Assembly: GCF_006345805.1 (NCBI RefSeq)
Contig: NC_043001.1
Coordinates: forward strand, 14,260,001-14,324,000
DNA from: Octopus sinensis
Taxonomy: Eukaryota
Length of the DNA stretch: 64,000 bases
Reading direction: 5' to 3'
Part shown: one piece after another, positions 14,046 to 27,349 of the stretch
Layout: each line of letters opens with the position of its first letter
Numbering within the stretch: position 1 is the first letter of the stretch
Program-made: the position numbers and the translations under genes
Notes under the pieces: model-generated
The model's input: only the letters and a program-made list of their open reading frames with translations
Database searches by the model: none
What the model was told of the DNA's origin: nothing

Positions 14046-14470
14046 AGGCGCAGGAGTGGCTGTGTGGTAAGTAGCTTGCTAACCAACCACATGGTTCCGG
14101 GTTCAGTCCCACTGAGTGGCATCTTGGGCAAGTGCCTTCTGCTATAGCCCCGGGCCGACCAATACCTTGTGAGTGGATTTGGTAGACGGAAACTGAAAGA
14201 AGCCTGTCGTATATATGTATATATATATATATAAGTGTGTGTGTATATGTTTGTGTGTCTGTGTTTGTCCCCCTAGTATTGCTTGACAACCGATGCTGGT
14301 GTGTTGACGTCGCTGTCACTTAGCGGTTCGGCAAAAGAGACCGATAGAATAAGTACTAAGCTTACAAAGAATAAGTCCCGGGGTCGATTTGCTCGACTAA
14401 AGGCGGTGCTCCAGCATGGCCGCAGTCAAATGACTGAAACAAGTAAAAGAGTAAAACAGAGTAAGAGTAA
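14046..14470 (+). mobile_element. Family A SINE, full length; further + copies at about 20135-20525, 25270-25695, 33890-34245, 40015-40470, 47860-48330, 57135-57430, 63505-63660
   Basis: tRNA-like head, internal (TA)/(TG) tract, 3' end TGACTGAAACAAGTAAAAGAG. Confidence 0.9.
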
Positions 14471-15433
14471 TATCGTCTGAAGGAAATTCGGTTCCTTAGT
14501 CCTATTTCTTGCAAACTAAACTTGCTACTTCGTTTTTGGATTTGGTTTGCAAGATTCTTTATGTGAGTTCGCGTGTTGAAGCATATTCTGTTGTGTCTGG
14601 GGAGAGTCATTTTCTTTTTGTGCCTTATTATGTAACACATTTTAGGACAATAAAAATAAGAAAAAAAGTGGAAATTTTACCGGTGAGTGTGTAATATAAT
14701 AAGGCACAAAAAGAAAATGACTCTCCACAGACACAACAGAATATGCTACTGTCACTCAGGGAATTTTCATGAATTTCAAAGGTGCAGATAAATGCTATGC
14801 CAAAGTTCAAGAAAAAGCAGGTCAATCTTCTGAAAGATTACAAAGAAAATGCTGCTAACATACAAGTATTTTGGATTCATGAAGCAAAAAGCTTACATTT
14901 CTCTTATGTTATTCTAATATAGGGTAGTATTCCCACACAGTTACTTCAATATAGTTATTATCTCCAGTCACACATCTTCTGAAGTGTTTCAAACTATCAA
15001 ATGGTGAATTTGTATTATCTGAATAGTTGAAGCACCAAGTCAGTCCAGTATTATCTGCACAGCTCGAAGTAAGTTGAATAAAAGCAAATAAGTAACAAAG
15101 ATGTCCATGTATTAGAATGCCCAAGAAGTAATGGTTAACTTTCTAACCATCTAATTTGCTTGTTATATATACATTGTTATCACAAAAAGTTGTGACTGCA
15201 TAGAAAGGAATATATACATCAAGGATATGCATATGGAATATATTTATTGTTTGTGCACAAGAAACCAATGGAGTACATCACTGTTTTCATGCAGTGGGTT
15301 TTAAAAGAAAATATCTAACATTAGTCTCCGATTTACTGAAATATATCCCCCAATACAGCACACTGGGTTTTGAGAAAACAATTCATACATTACAGAAGCT
15401 TGACTAAATATTGTGCACAGAAATTATTATCCA

Positions 15434-15830
15434 TCTTAATCTATATATATAAACCTGAAGTTGTCTGTGTATGGCAGGTTTGGTAGCCTTCAACTAACAC
15501 TATCTCCTCCAAGACCCTGTGGCACAAGTTTTACCAAAATTGAGAGTATGATAGAAAAAGGCTTGCTCTTCCTTCCGTAGAAGAAAAAATTCAAATCGGA
15601 CCATGTTAACACCAAAAATTATTTACATCAAAAAGGTACTTTTTTTCTATGAAAATCCCTATTTTTTATGATTTTTTGACTGCTGTGTTGCCATTTTTCG
15701 GTGTATTTCAACCAGAAAAATGTTCACTCAAAGAGAATAACAAGCTACATAATGCAAAATTTTTACTTTTCAAAAATTCCAATTCTAAAGGGTTGAAACA
15801 AACCCAAGCAACGCTGGACAATACTGCTAG
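15434..15830 (+). mobile_element. Non-autonomous Helitron
   Basis: Starts A|TCTTAATCTATATATATAAA; ends with a degenerate subterminal hairpin (CCCAAGCAACGCTGGA) then CTAG|T; no TSD. Confidence 0.7.
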
Positions 15831-18800
15831 TTTTAGATATTAATATAAGTTAGCGGCTGTTAAAATATTACATAGTTATAAAGAGTTTAAGACAACAGTT
15901 TAGGTACACTCAACAAGGATTAGGTCAACTACCTAGGAACAAGTTCAGGGTCACTCCATTTAGTAAACTTCTACAGGGTTCTCATCTGCAATTTCTCTTA
16001 CAATTGGGTCAAACCAAAAGTGCGATAGAAGACATTGGTCCACAATGCCACAGAGTCTGTTTCCACACAATTCTACATAATTGCGAAGTGAACTTCTTAA
16101 TCATATGGTTATTATATCATCTCTGCTCAGTAATCATGAAAGGGATAGAATGAGAGAGGGACTAACATTCTATGTTTATCGATAACTACATATCTTGTCC
16201 ACTCAGCAAATATGAAAATGACAAAACATTGTATATACATATATATACATGTGAGGTTCGACAGACCAAAATCATATAATATGGGAATTTCAGCATCCAA
16301 GGCATCCATGCTAAGTTGGATATGAATAAGAATTACCTTTTGGTATTAATATGGCTTCCATGCCTAATAATTAATTTTTTAATAAGCCTGTTGGATATTT
16401 GTGATATCAGCATCTGAAAAATCAGCTGAAATTCTATATATCATAGCAATGAGATCTGACTGGCATGCGATGGTTAGTGCTTCCCACTGAGGAGGTCATG
16501 TCATGTGGGAATTACAGCACCCATGATGGACAAATTTCATCTGCTGTGATTTATGTGTATGCTTTTATGCACCAAGCTCCGATATGAGAGGATCTCTCGG
16601 GGCCAATGATACAGTATTTCGCGTTCTAACATGGCATCCATGTAAAGTTGGATATAATGATTATTCTTTGGCATGCTTTGACTGCTTCCTTCATTAATAA
16701 TGTGTGAGTGTGTGCGTGTGTGTGTGTGCGCACATGCATGTACACAACAGAAGTAGACATCTGCTCAGTTCAATTGAAACAAGCAGGAAAGAAGAACGAG
16801 TGTCATGACAAAAGCTATATATCAGTTGAGTGAGAGCAAGAGTAATATATATACATATATATATGATTGAGTCTCCTGTCGTTAGACGACGTATGTGGGT
16901 TTGACAATTTCTTACCAAACAACCACACGGATGATCTGTTTATAGCGATCAAATGTTTGTGTAGACATAAGCTCACTCCCGCCATGAAATCGACATTACC
17001 TGTACAGGTGCAACTGGGTGCCACATGTCAGATGTCGAAATGATCGCAGAGCAATGTAAAATGAGGTGCTTTGCTCAAGAACACAACACAACGCCCAGTC
17101 CGGGAATCAAACCCACAATCTTGCAATCGTGAGTGCAACACCCTAACCACTAAGCCATGTACCTGTATATATATATATATATATATATATATCCATGATC
17201 ACCGTGACCGACTAAGCTATCAGATGTTGTTACACATAGCTGGTCACAATGCGCTTCACATTGTTTTAGTCTTCAAATGACGCCCGCTCCTGGCTAAGCG
17301 AGCAGGCCAACGGAAGAAAGAGTGAGAGAAAGTTGAGGCAAAAGAGTACATCAGGGATCGCCACCACCCCCTGCCGAAGATTCGTGGAGCTTTAGGTGTT
17401 TTCGCTCAATAAACATTCACAATATCTGGTCTGGGAATCGAAACTGCGATCCTATGACTGCGAGTCCGCTGCCCTAACCACTGGGCCATTGCGCCTCCAC
17501 ACACATATATATGTATATATATAAATGCATTCACAAAGATGAAGAAGGTAAGAGATAGAGGATGAGAGAGACAAAAATGCAAGATGGAACACTACTACAG
17601 GACAGACTGACCATGCATGTCCAAGCGATAGTGATTAGCAGCTGCTGGGTTTCAGTGAATACGAAGCCTGACAACAAGCAATGAACAAAGATCAAAGGGT
17701 CACTTACTGGATTTCTTCCGTAATACACTGCTCCTTCATAAAGAAACAAAAGGAAATGAGGCATGAGATGAGATGTAGAATGCACTTCAGGGTTGAGTAA
17801 AGAGGATCTCACAGATGGAAAAGGTTTTAACATGTTTGCAATAAACTGTGGGAGACTGAGAGACAATGAAGGTCACTGTTTGAAACTGGGCATTTAGCAT
17901 TTAGGCCTTAAGCGTTTAAACTGGCCATGTATGACCTAGATATTTTACCTGTTTTACATTCATACCAGCCAGATCCAATCTTTCGCACCTACCCTACAAT
18001 GTCATTCTAAAATGAAATAATCACTTCACTGATATCATGAGGTTATGAGATAATGCATGATTAATTCAAGGGAGTGTGAATGAATAAGGGTTGCATTTGA
18101 CAGAATAAGGATGAAAGCTAAAGGGTTAAGCACTTGATAAAACATTTGAGAAATGAGAAGATATCTACAATGAACTTAATGGTTGATTAAAAGATCTCAT
18201 AATTGGAAAAGTTTTTACACCTTTGCAACAAGGTGTGGAAAAATGAGAAAAAACAAAGGGAGACAACTGAACATCTGAATCCCCTATTTTAGGAAAAACA
18301 TACATGTACAAGTTTGTGTTTTGATGAAAGTAAATTAAAACTATATATTCGTTTTGGGATTTGGTTTGCAAGATTCTTTATATGAGTTCGTGTGTTGAAG
18401 CATATTCTGTTGTGTCTGGAGAGAGACATTTTCTTTTTGTGCCTTATAATATAACACACTCACTGGTAAAATTTCCACTTTTTTCTCATTTTTATTTTCC
18501 TAAAATTTTCATTGCATCTTGCAACCTTTTCAATAGTTTTGACTCTCTCCAGACACAACAAATTAAAACTAGTTTTCTTTTTTTGGCTTTTTAGTTTTTC
18601 AACAACATACAACAAATATGAAAGAATATGAGAATTTTGATAATTTAGGTAATGCTAGATTAAATTTATTGTTTGGGGAAATGGTTTTAGTGATATGTCT
18701 ATAAAAAGGAGCGGAATGAAGAAAGAAAAAACAAAGAGAGGATTCTATTTTGTAGTATTAAAAAAATGTTATCTCACCATGAACAGAAATGAGTTTTTTT

Positions 18801-19875
18801 GTAGTTGAAATACTCAAAAATAAAAGACTCTGAAAACCACATTTTGGTAAAAAATATATTAAAATTAGAAATTCAAATTATGATGAAAGTAAACAAAGTT
18901 TGCTTTTTAGAAGTGTTGAGATGTATTGAAAGATACAGAAATGCAGAATAATGCTAACAGAATAGCAGGAACACGATAACATATCCATATTTTTGCAGAA
19001 AAATTTGCCAGCAGCAAGAATAGGAATATTTTATCCTGTTCCTGGTATTCTGTTAGCATTATTCTGCATTTGAGAATTAATTATTTCTGTATTAAAATTA
19101 GAATTTTAAGAATTTTCTAGAGTGTGTAGACTTTAATAATTGCTTTCTTTAAGTAAAAGCAACATAATTTCAACTAATTAATATATAGTATAAAGAAAAC
19201 ATGGCTTTGAACAAAGTGGTTATTCTTCCCATATATCCTAACCTCATCCAAAGTCATCTCCCAAGCAAGACCTCAATCAATGCTACAACCAAACCATTAT
19301 TGATAAAACAATAGAATTAAATATGTATATTATTTTTCTTTATTAATACCTAATAGGTTACAGCTTTATAAATCTGTTTTAACTCTTAAGGTCTTCTCTG
19401 AACTAGTTTTCAGAAGATTGTATATGTATGTGTGTAGACGCATACATGCATATTGCTATATATATAATCTGTGTGTGTGTGTGTACATATGTATATATAT
19501 TTTGTAAAATTCATGCATAGATCATTGCCAGTGCCACCTGAGTGGCTCCCCATGCCAGTAGCACATAAAAAGCACCATCTGAACGTGGTCAATACCAGCC
19601 CCGCCTGCCCCGACTGGTTCCTGTGCTGGTGGCATGTGAAAAGCACCATCCAAATGTGGCCAATGCCAGTGCCGCCTGACTGGCGCCCATGCCGGTGGCA
19701 CGTAAAAAGCACCCACTAAACTCTCAGAGTGGTTGGCGTTAGGAAGGGCATGCAGGTGTAGAAACATTGCCAGATCAGATTGGAGCCTGGTGCAGCCTCC
19801 TGGCTTGCCAGTCCCCAGCCAAACTGTCCAACCCATGCCAGCATGGAAAATGGATGTTAAACAATGATGATGATG

Positions 19876-19917
<42 letters not shown>

Positions 19918-19929
19918 TATATTATATAT

Positions 19930-19970
<41 letters not shown>

Positions 19971-21223
19971 TAAGGATATAATCATTAAAATGATTATATC
20001 AGTGGCTAGTGTATAAAAAATGACTGTATCTGTTGTAAAATTAATTTTTTAAGCATATAATTATAAATATAATTATAATTAAAGGCTTTGGGATGCCAGC
20101 ACCTATACGCTAACATTAGATGTCAAATACCTACATAGGCGTAGGAGTGGCTCTGTGGTAAGTAGCTTGCTTACCAACCACATGATTCTGGGGTCAGTCC
20201 CACTGCGTGGCACCTTGGGCAAGTGTCTTCTACTATAGCCTCAGGCTGACCAAAGCTGAAAGAAGCCCATCGTATATATATATATATATATGTATGTATG
20301 TGCATGTGTATGTTTGTGTGTCTGAGTTTGTCCCTCCAACATCGCTTGACAATCGATGCTGGTATGTTTGCGTCCCCATAACTTAGCGGTTCGGCAAAAG
20401 AGACTGATAGAATAAGTACTAGGCTTACAAAGAATAAGTCCTGGGGTCGATTTCTTTGACTAAAGGTGGTGCTCCAGCATGGCCGTAGTCAAATGACTGA
20501 AACAAGTAAAAGAGTAAAAGAGTAATCTACTCCAAATCAGTGTGTACAAGTCAGTGCACACGTCTAGAAGAGAAAATTTGCCCTTGGTTGTAGCTATGAT
20601 CCTGGATCTGCAGGATTTCTCCATTGGTTTTAATTAACTGGGATTCTTCTATTGGAACAACTCATATCATTCTTCTGGTTTTCCATACCTGTTTGTTTTT
20701 TTTTCTACAATCAATTCTACACAAACCATAACTATTTTTTGTAATGTTGGTAAATAAATTACTTTATTACAAATAGAATCTATGCTAGTCCTTCACTGGT
20801 GAGTTTTTCCCAAAAATTTGAATAGATTTGCCAAAACTGTTAATATTGTTTCCATAAAAGGCAGCAAGATGGCAGAATGGTTAGCAGCACTACTTCCGGT
20901 TTTACATTTTGAGTTCAAATTCAGCTGAGGTCAACTCAGCTTTTCATCCTTTCAAGATTAACAATATAAATACCATTTGAGCACCGGGGTCAATTACCCC
21001 CTCTCCCAAAATTTCAAGCCTTGAGTCTATAGTAGAAAGAAAAAACTATTTTCATAAAGTGATTTTAATCATGGAACAAGCTTTTATGCTGATGATGCAA
21101 ATGTGGGTTTTGGGCGTATTTTCACATGGTGATGGTGGTGGAAGATGGTATTGATGGTGCATGTTATGGTGTTGGTTGTAGTGCCAAAAATTCTGTTAAC
21201 TTTTTTCTTTTAAATAAGTTTCA

Positions 21224-22439
21224 CCCTTTCCTTACTGTATTTATTTTGAGATGCTCTGTGTTTCTTAGTTATCATTAAGCTAGTGTTAGGAACATAAATT
21301 GTGGCTAAGGTTTGGTGGAAGATTTTAATTCAGAACTTATGAAAACAAGACATTTGTATTACAGAGCCAGAGGTGGTTTTAGTCGGGTTGGTATCAAAAG
21401 GGTTAAATTAATCATTTGTTAACCCTTTTGTTACCATATTTCTGTTGAGATGCTCTGGGTTTCTTTTAATTAATTTTAAATATAACAAAGAATTTAGTAA
21501 AATAACTTAGTTATCATTCAGCTAATTTTAGGAACATAAACTGTGACTAAGGTTTGGTGGAAGATTTTAATTCAGAACTTATGAAAACAAGACATTTGTA
21601 TTACAGAGCCAGAGGTGGTTTTAGTCGGGTTGGTATCAAAAGGGTTAAATTAATCATTTGTTAACCCTTTTGTTACCATATTTCTGTTGAGATGCTCTGG
21701 GTTTCTTTTAATTAATTTTAAATATAACAAAGAATTTAGTAAAATAACTTAGTTATCATTCAGCTAATTTTAGGAACATAAACTGTGACTAAGGTTTGGT
21801 GGAAGATTTTAATTCATAACTTATGAAAACAAGACATTTGTATTACAGACCCAGAGGTGGTTTCTGTTGGGTTGGTAATGAAAGGGATAAAGTTATGCAT
21901 ATTTTTTCACAAAATATGGTGTGTATAGAACTGAAGATCATAGTATGTACTTATTTAAATTAGATTAATTTTTTAAATTAATTTATTTAGTTTGTACATT
22001 AAACGTGAAACTAGTTTAGTATTAACCACGCTGACCTTAAGATAGACTTCATTTATCATTCAGCTGGTGTTAGGAACATAAATTGTGATTAAGGTTGGGT
22101 GGAAGATTTTAATTCAGAACTTATGAAAACAAGACATTTGTACTGCAGAGCCAGAGCTGGTTTCAGCCAGGTTGGTAACAAAAGGGTTAAGAATTGTTTC
22201 TCTATTATGTATCCTAACCCTTTTGTTACCATATTTCTGTTGAGATGCTCTGTATTTCTTTCAATTAATTTTAAATATAATAAAGAATTTAGTAAAATAA
22301 CTTAGTTATCATTAAACTAGTGTTAGGAACATAAATTGTGACTAAGGTTTGGTGGAAGAATTTCATTCAGAACTTACGAAAACAAGACATTTGTATTACA
22401 GAGCCAGAGGAGGTTTAAGACGGGTTGGTATCAAAAGGG
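21224..22439 (+). mobile_element. Cluster of five same-orientation piggyBac-type MITEs (222-bp unit)
   Basis: TTAA-CCCTTTTG...CAAAAGGG-TTAA ends; copies at 21224-21402, 21423-21644, 21665-21886, about 22055-22186 and 22218-22439. Confidence 0.8.
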
Positions 22440-22612
22440 TTAAAATGTCAATTGTAGATTTAAAGAATGAGAGAAACAGGCTCAGGAAATAATTTGTCTG
22501 TTGACTATCTTCCTGCATGTAATATTATAACAGAGCAGTCGTCCATGTTCTTGCAAAAAATGATGTAAACAGCATCACCGTTTCACACATAAACAACAAC
22601 TTGTTATTACTG

Positions 22613-22644
<32 letters not shown>

Positions 22645-23360
22645 GGTGATGGTGGTGGTGGTGGTGGTGCCATTGCTCCTCATCATGGAGTTACTTCCTT
22701 GGCCATCTTCATGGGTCTCAGAGATTGATGCTTTCACATTAACGATACAGCTTTATGATGGTCATCCACAACACTCTTGGACGGGTTGGCGTTAGGAAGG
22801 GCATCCAGCTGTAGAAACATTGCCAGATAAGACCGGAGCCTGGTGCAGCCATCTGGTTCGCTAGCCCTCAGTCAAACCGTCCAACCCATGCTAGCATGGA
22901 AAACGGACGTTAAACGATGATAATGACGATAATGATATACCAAACGGGATTCTCTCAGTTTTCGCCAACCAAATCCACTCACAAGGCATTGCTCAGCCCG
23001 AGACTATAGTAGAAAAATTTTGCCCAAAGTGCCACGCAGTGGGACTGAACCCGGAACCAGATGGTTTAGAAGCAAGCTTCATACCTTACAGCCACGCCTG
23101 CATTCTGTTTTTTATTTTTAACTGTGTGTGACATTGAAAGAGAAATGAGAAAATTCAAGGGAAATAACTCTTCTTGGTCTAAATTCACTTAGATTCTCTG
23201 TGGAGTTGCTTTGGTGAGTTTTTGTTTTAATAAAAATAGCTAGAACGAAATATTTAAACGTGAAGTGCTTAATGTTTGGGGTGGAGATATTATTAATTAA
23301 TTAAAATAATGACTATTACGAGACAAGTCCTATTTCCTTCACTTTAGAATTTGTGAGAGA

Positions 23361-23408
<48 letters not shown>

Positions 23409-23476
23409 GGTGTGTGTGTGTGTGTTGTGTGTGTATGTTGTGTGGTGTTGTGTGTGTGCGTATTGTGTGTTGTGTG

Positions 23477-23508
<32 letters not shown>

Positions 23509-24546
23509 TGTTGCATGTGTGTGTGTGTGCGTGTGTTGTGTGTACATTCGTACGTGTGTGTGTGTCTGACTATTTTTACATTAGATTTTCCCTGCATGCG
23601 TGAGTTTAAACTCTTTCCTTCACCACAAACTATACATTGATCTCTAACATGGCAGAAGACCAAGGAATTATAAGGGAAACGCACAGGCGATTGAAGGACC
23701 CCCTACCCCCAGTTCTTAACTGTGTACTTTGGTAAGACCAGCAGAAAGGAATGAAAAGCAAAGCTGATCTTTACAATATTTGGTATTAGAATATAGAAGG
23801 AGAAATGTAACTAACACACCACAAGACATATATATGCTCCGACAGCCAACTTTTGCAGCAAATGAGGGAGCCTTTACACAATTGTTCTACCAGCTAGAAA
23901 TAGCTGCCAGACCGACCTCATATTAACCCTTTTGTTACAATATTTCTAATGAAATAAGATGGCAAGCTGGCAGAAACGTTAGCACGCAGGCGAAATGCTT
24001 AGTGGTATTTTGTCTGCCGTTACATTCTGAGTTCAAATTCTGTCGAGGTCGACTTTGCCTTTCATCTTTTCGGGGTCGATAAATTAAGTACCAGTCATGC
24101 ATTGGGGTCGATGTAATCGACTTAATCTGTTTGATGTTAGGAAGGGTAATCCAGGTATGTAAATATTGCCATGGAGTACAATGCAACCCTGCAGCTACAA
24201 GAGCCTGTCAAACTGCTCAACCCATGCAATGCTTGGTAAAAAAACACTCAGGTACCACATAAAAAGCACCCAAGCCAGTTCCACTTTAAAAACACCTGTT
24301 CCGTGTATAAAGCAGGGGTGCTGGTGCCACGTAAAAAGCATCCAGTACACTCTGTGAAGTGGTTGGTATTAAGAAGGGCACCCAGCTGTAGAAACCCTAC
24401 CAGAACAGACAACTGGAGCCTGGTACAGCAGGAGATCATCATCATCATCATTGTCATCATTATAATTGTCGTCGTCATCGTCATCATTATTATTATCATC
24501 ATTGTCATCATCATCATCACTGTCATCATCATCATCATCACCATTG

Positions 24547-24578
<32 letters not shown>

Positions 24579-24622
24579 GCCATTGTCATCATCATCATTA
24601 TCACCATGACCATCACCATGAC

Positions 24623-24653
<31 letters not shown>

Positions 24654-25433
24654 GTCGTCGTCGTCATCATCATTTAATGTCCATTTTCTATGCTCTCATG
24701 GATTGGATGGTTTGACAGGATGGTGACAGTCATGATGATGATGATGTTTTTGTTCAACAGACCGCTAATTCTGTCATCTTTCATGATTTCTAATACATGT
24801 ACAAGATCACAAATTTAAAAAGGGAGGTGGGAACAGTCCATTACATCCAACCCCAGTCGCTGACTAACCATGGAAAGATGAGAAGGTAAAGTTGACTTCC
24901 ATGAGATTTGAACTCAGAATGTAAACACACAAAACCATTTATTCAATGTTTTATCCAGAATTCCACAAATTCTGCCACGTAAAAGCAATGCTTTATTTTC
25001 TTTCTCCCAAAATATATAATTGGTTTTCCCGTCTGGACTAACGATTATGGATTAAATATTTATTCGTTCTCAGACTTATCTTTGAATTCTTTATTCTAAG
25101 TGATTGGACAAAGCGTCTTTGAACTTGTCACCCACTGGAATAGGCTTCTTTTTTTCTTTTTTTAGTTTTTTTTTTGTCTGAATTGTAATGTGACAGAGAG
25201 AGAAGTGGAGAATAGCAGAAGAGAATCAGTGAACTAGAGGTGGGGAGGAAGAGATAGATAGTCACCAAGATAGGTGTAGGAGTGGCTGTGTGGTAAGTAG
25301 CTTGCTTACCAATCACATGGTTCCAGGTTCCGTCCCACTGCATGGCACCTTGGGCAAGTGTCTTCTACTATAGCCTCGGGCCGACCAAAGCCTTGTGAGT
25401 GGAAATGGTAATCGGAAACTGAAAGAAGCCCAT

Positions 25434-25482
<49 letters not shown>

Positions 25483-26037
25483 ATATGTTTGTGTGTCTGT
25501 GTTTGTTCCCCCCCACAACATCGCTTAACAACCAACGTTGGTATGTTTACGTCCCCATAACTTGGTGGTTTGGCAAAAGAGACCGGTAGAATAAGTACTA
25601 GGCTTACAAAGAATAAGCCTTGGGGTCGATTTGCTCAACTAAAGGCGGTGCTCCAGCATGGCCACAGTAACATGACTGAAACAAGTAAAAGAGATAGAGG
25701 GAGAAAGGTAGAGGGAAAGATGAAAAGTGGGGGTCAAGTAGTCAGAGAGAGAGAAAGAGAGAGTGAAACAAAGAGAGACAAACAGGGACAGACAGACAGA
25801 CAGACAGAGATGTAGAGTCAGTTAATAACCAACTGCCTATGAAGGGTAGATTTGTCTGAATGAGATAAAGTAACCTCATAACTTAGCATAAATCCTGAAG
25901 GTCAAATGAGGTCAAATAAGGTCATAACATGTTTCTTAAATAAAAAAAAAAAAATGATAAACCATACATTGGTAGTTACCGGTGGATGGTAGCGACCATT
26001 GTAGCAGAAAAATATACGTGATTCACAGGAAACTTAC

Positions 26038-26228
26038 TTCTTCAGCTTTCAAGAGTCTGTCATAAAGGAGAGATTGTTCCTCATAGAATTCTTCCCCATT
26101 TACCGGTGCCTCACTCAGTGGCTTTGCGTTTGGCGTTAACAAAAGATCGTTATCAGTCTGTGTGCTACGATGAGATTTTGAATCATGCAACATTCGGTGC
26201 TTGTTGTTATAACAACTATATTCAGAAT
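26038..26228 (-). CDS. RASGRP: RasGRP exon (191 nt, phase 1/0): DSEYSCYNNK...EEQSLLYDRLLKAEE, C-terminal tail and start of coiled coil
   Basis: pyrimidine-rich ...ttctcag acceptor, GAA|gtaagt donor; frame continuous with the previous exon. Confidence 0.9.
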
Positions 26229-26669
26229 CTGAGAAAAAGAAAAAATGGTAAGATACGTGGTGAGCCGTAGAATTCATTGAAAATAAACTCTAATTATTTT
26301 GTATCTGTAAGAAATTGCTCATTTCATAAAATGTTTGATTTAATTTAAACAATTTAAACTCAGGTCATCATACTGATGATTTCTAATAAGAATGAAACAG
26401 CATGAGGATGATTATCTAATACTAGACATTTGATGATACTGTAATAGGTAAGCAAATAAAATATTACATGCAGCACGGATTTTTGTCAGTGAACAGGTCG
26501 CGGATTTTAGTGACGAAAATATTTTGACAAATTAAACTTAAATATTGAAGTGAATTGAACGGTTTTTGTGTGTTTCTTAAATGGCTTACAAACACCTTCC
26601 ACGCTGCAATTGTTTTCGTTCCAGCACACGATCTCAGATCAACTCACTTGCTATGCAAGTACATCTCCG

Positions 26670-26712
<43 letters not shown>

Positions 26713-26749
26713 CATGCATACATATATACACATACATATATATACACAG

Positions 26750-27055
26750 AGATGAAGGCACATGGCTTAGTGGTTAGGGTGTTGTGCTCATGATTGCAAA
26801 ATTGTGGTTTCGATTCCCAGACCAAGACTGCGTTGTGTTTTTGAGCAAAACACTTCATTTTACATTGCGCTGCAATCATTACATCATCTGACATATGGCA
26901 CCTGTTGCACCTGTACAGGTGATGTCGATCTGATGGAAAGAGTGAGCTTGTGTGAACACAAACATTTGATCACTATAAACAAACCAACTCTGTGTGGCTG
27001 TTCAGCAAAAACTTGCAGAACCCTCATACGTTGTCTAATAACAAGGGAGTCCATG
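26750..27055 (+). mobile_element. Family G tRNA-headed SINE; - copy at about 16870-17160
   Basis: TGGCTTAGTGGTTAGG...GGTTTCGATTCC head, TTGAGCAAAACACTTCA body. Confidence 0.75.
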
Positions 27056-27126
27056 ATACAAACAGAGAAAGCAGGAGGGAGTATGAAGAGTTGGATGGAA
27101 GAGATAATTTTCATAAGTAGACTCAC

Positions 27127-27225
27127 CATTAAAAACAGAATCATGCCTGCGTGGGCTGTTTAGCTTTGGTCGACATTCCATAACAACCATATCTTTACAG
27201 TGCTTGTGTACATTGATGGTACAAT
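27127..27225 (-). CDS. RASGRP: RasGRP exon (99 nt, phase 1/1): DCTINVHKHCKDMVVMECRPKLNSPRRHDSVFN, end of C1
   Basis: ttttccttcag acceptor, G|gtgagt donor; completes H-x12-C-x2-C-x13-C-x2-C-x4-H-x2-C-x7-C. Confidence 0.95.
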
Positions 27226-27305
27226 CTGAAGGAAAAGACCATTGGAGGAAATGTAGAACGCATACAAGTTTATTACAACAGTTACCATCATCATTATTAT
27301 TATGT

Positions 27306-27336
<31 letters not shown>

Positions 27337-27349
27337 TATTATTGAATGA

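Noticed and set aside
14909-15124. 71-aa minus-strand ORF as an extra exon
   Set aside because: Acceptor would be phase 1, incompatible with the phase 0 last intron; weak donor; peptide unrecognised.
20530-20690. Candidate exon after aaacaaacag on the minus strand
   Set aside because: All three frames hit a stop within 20 codons of the acceptor and there is no recognisable homology.
24248-24677. Poly-M/I, poly-D/N, poly-H/T/P and poly-S ORFs (also 30951-31488, 33673-34003, 46438-46798, 54353-54825)
   Set aside because: Trinucleotide repeats lack stops in several frames; not coding evidence.
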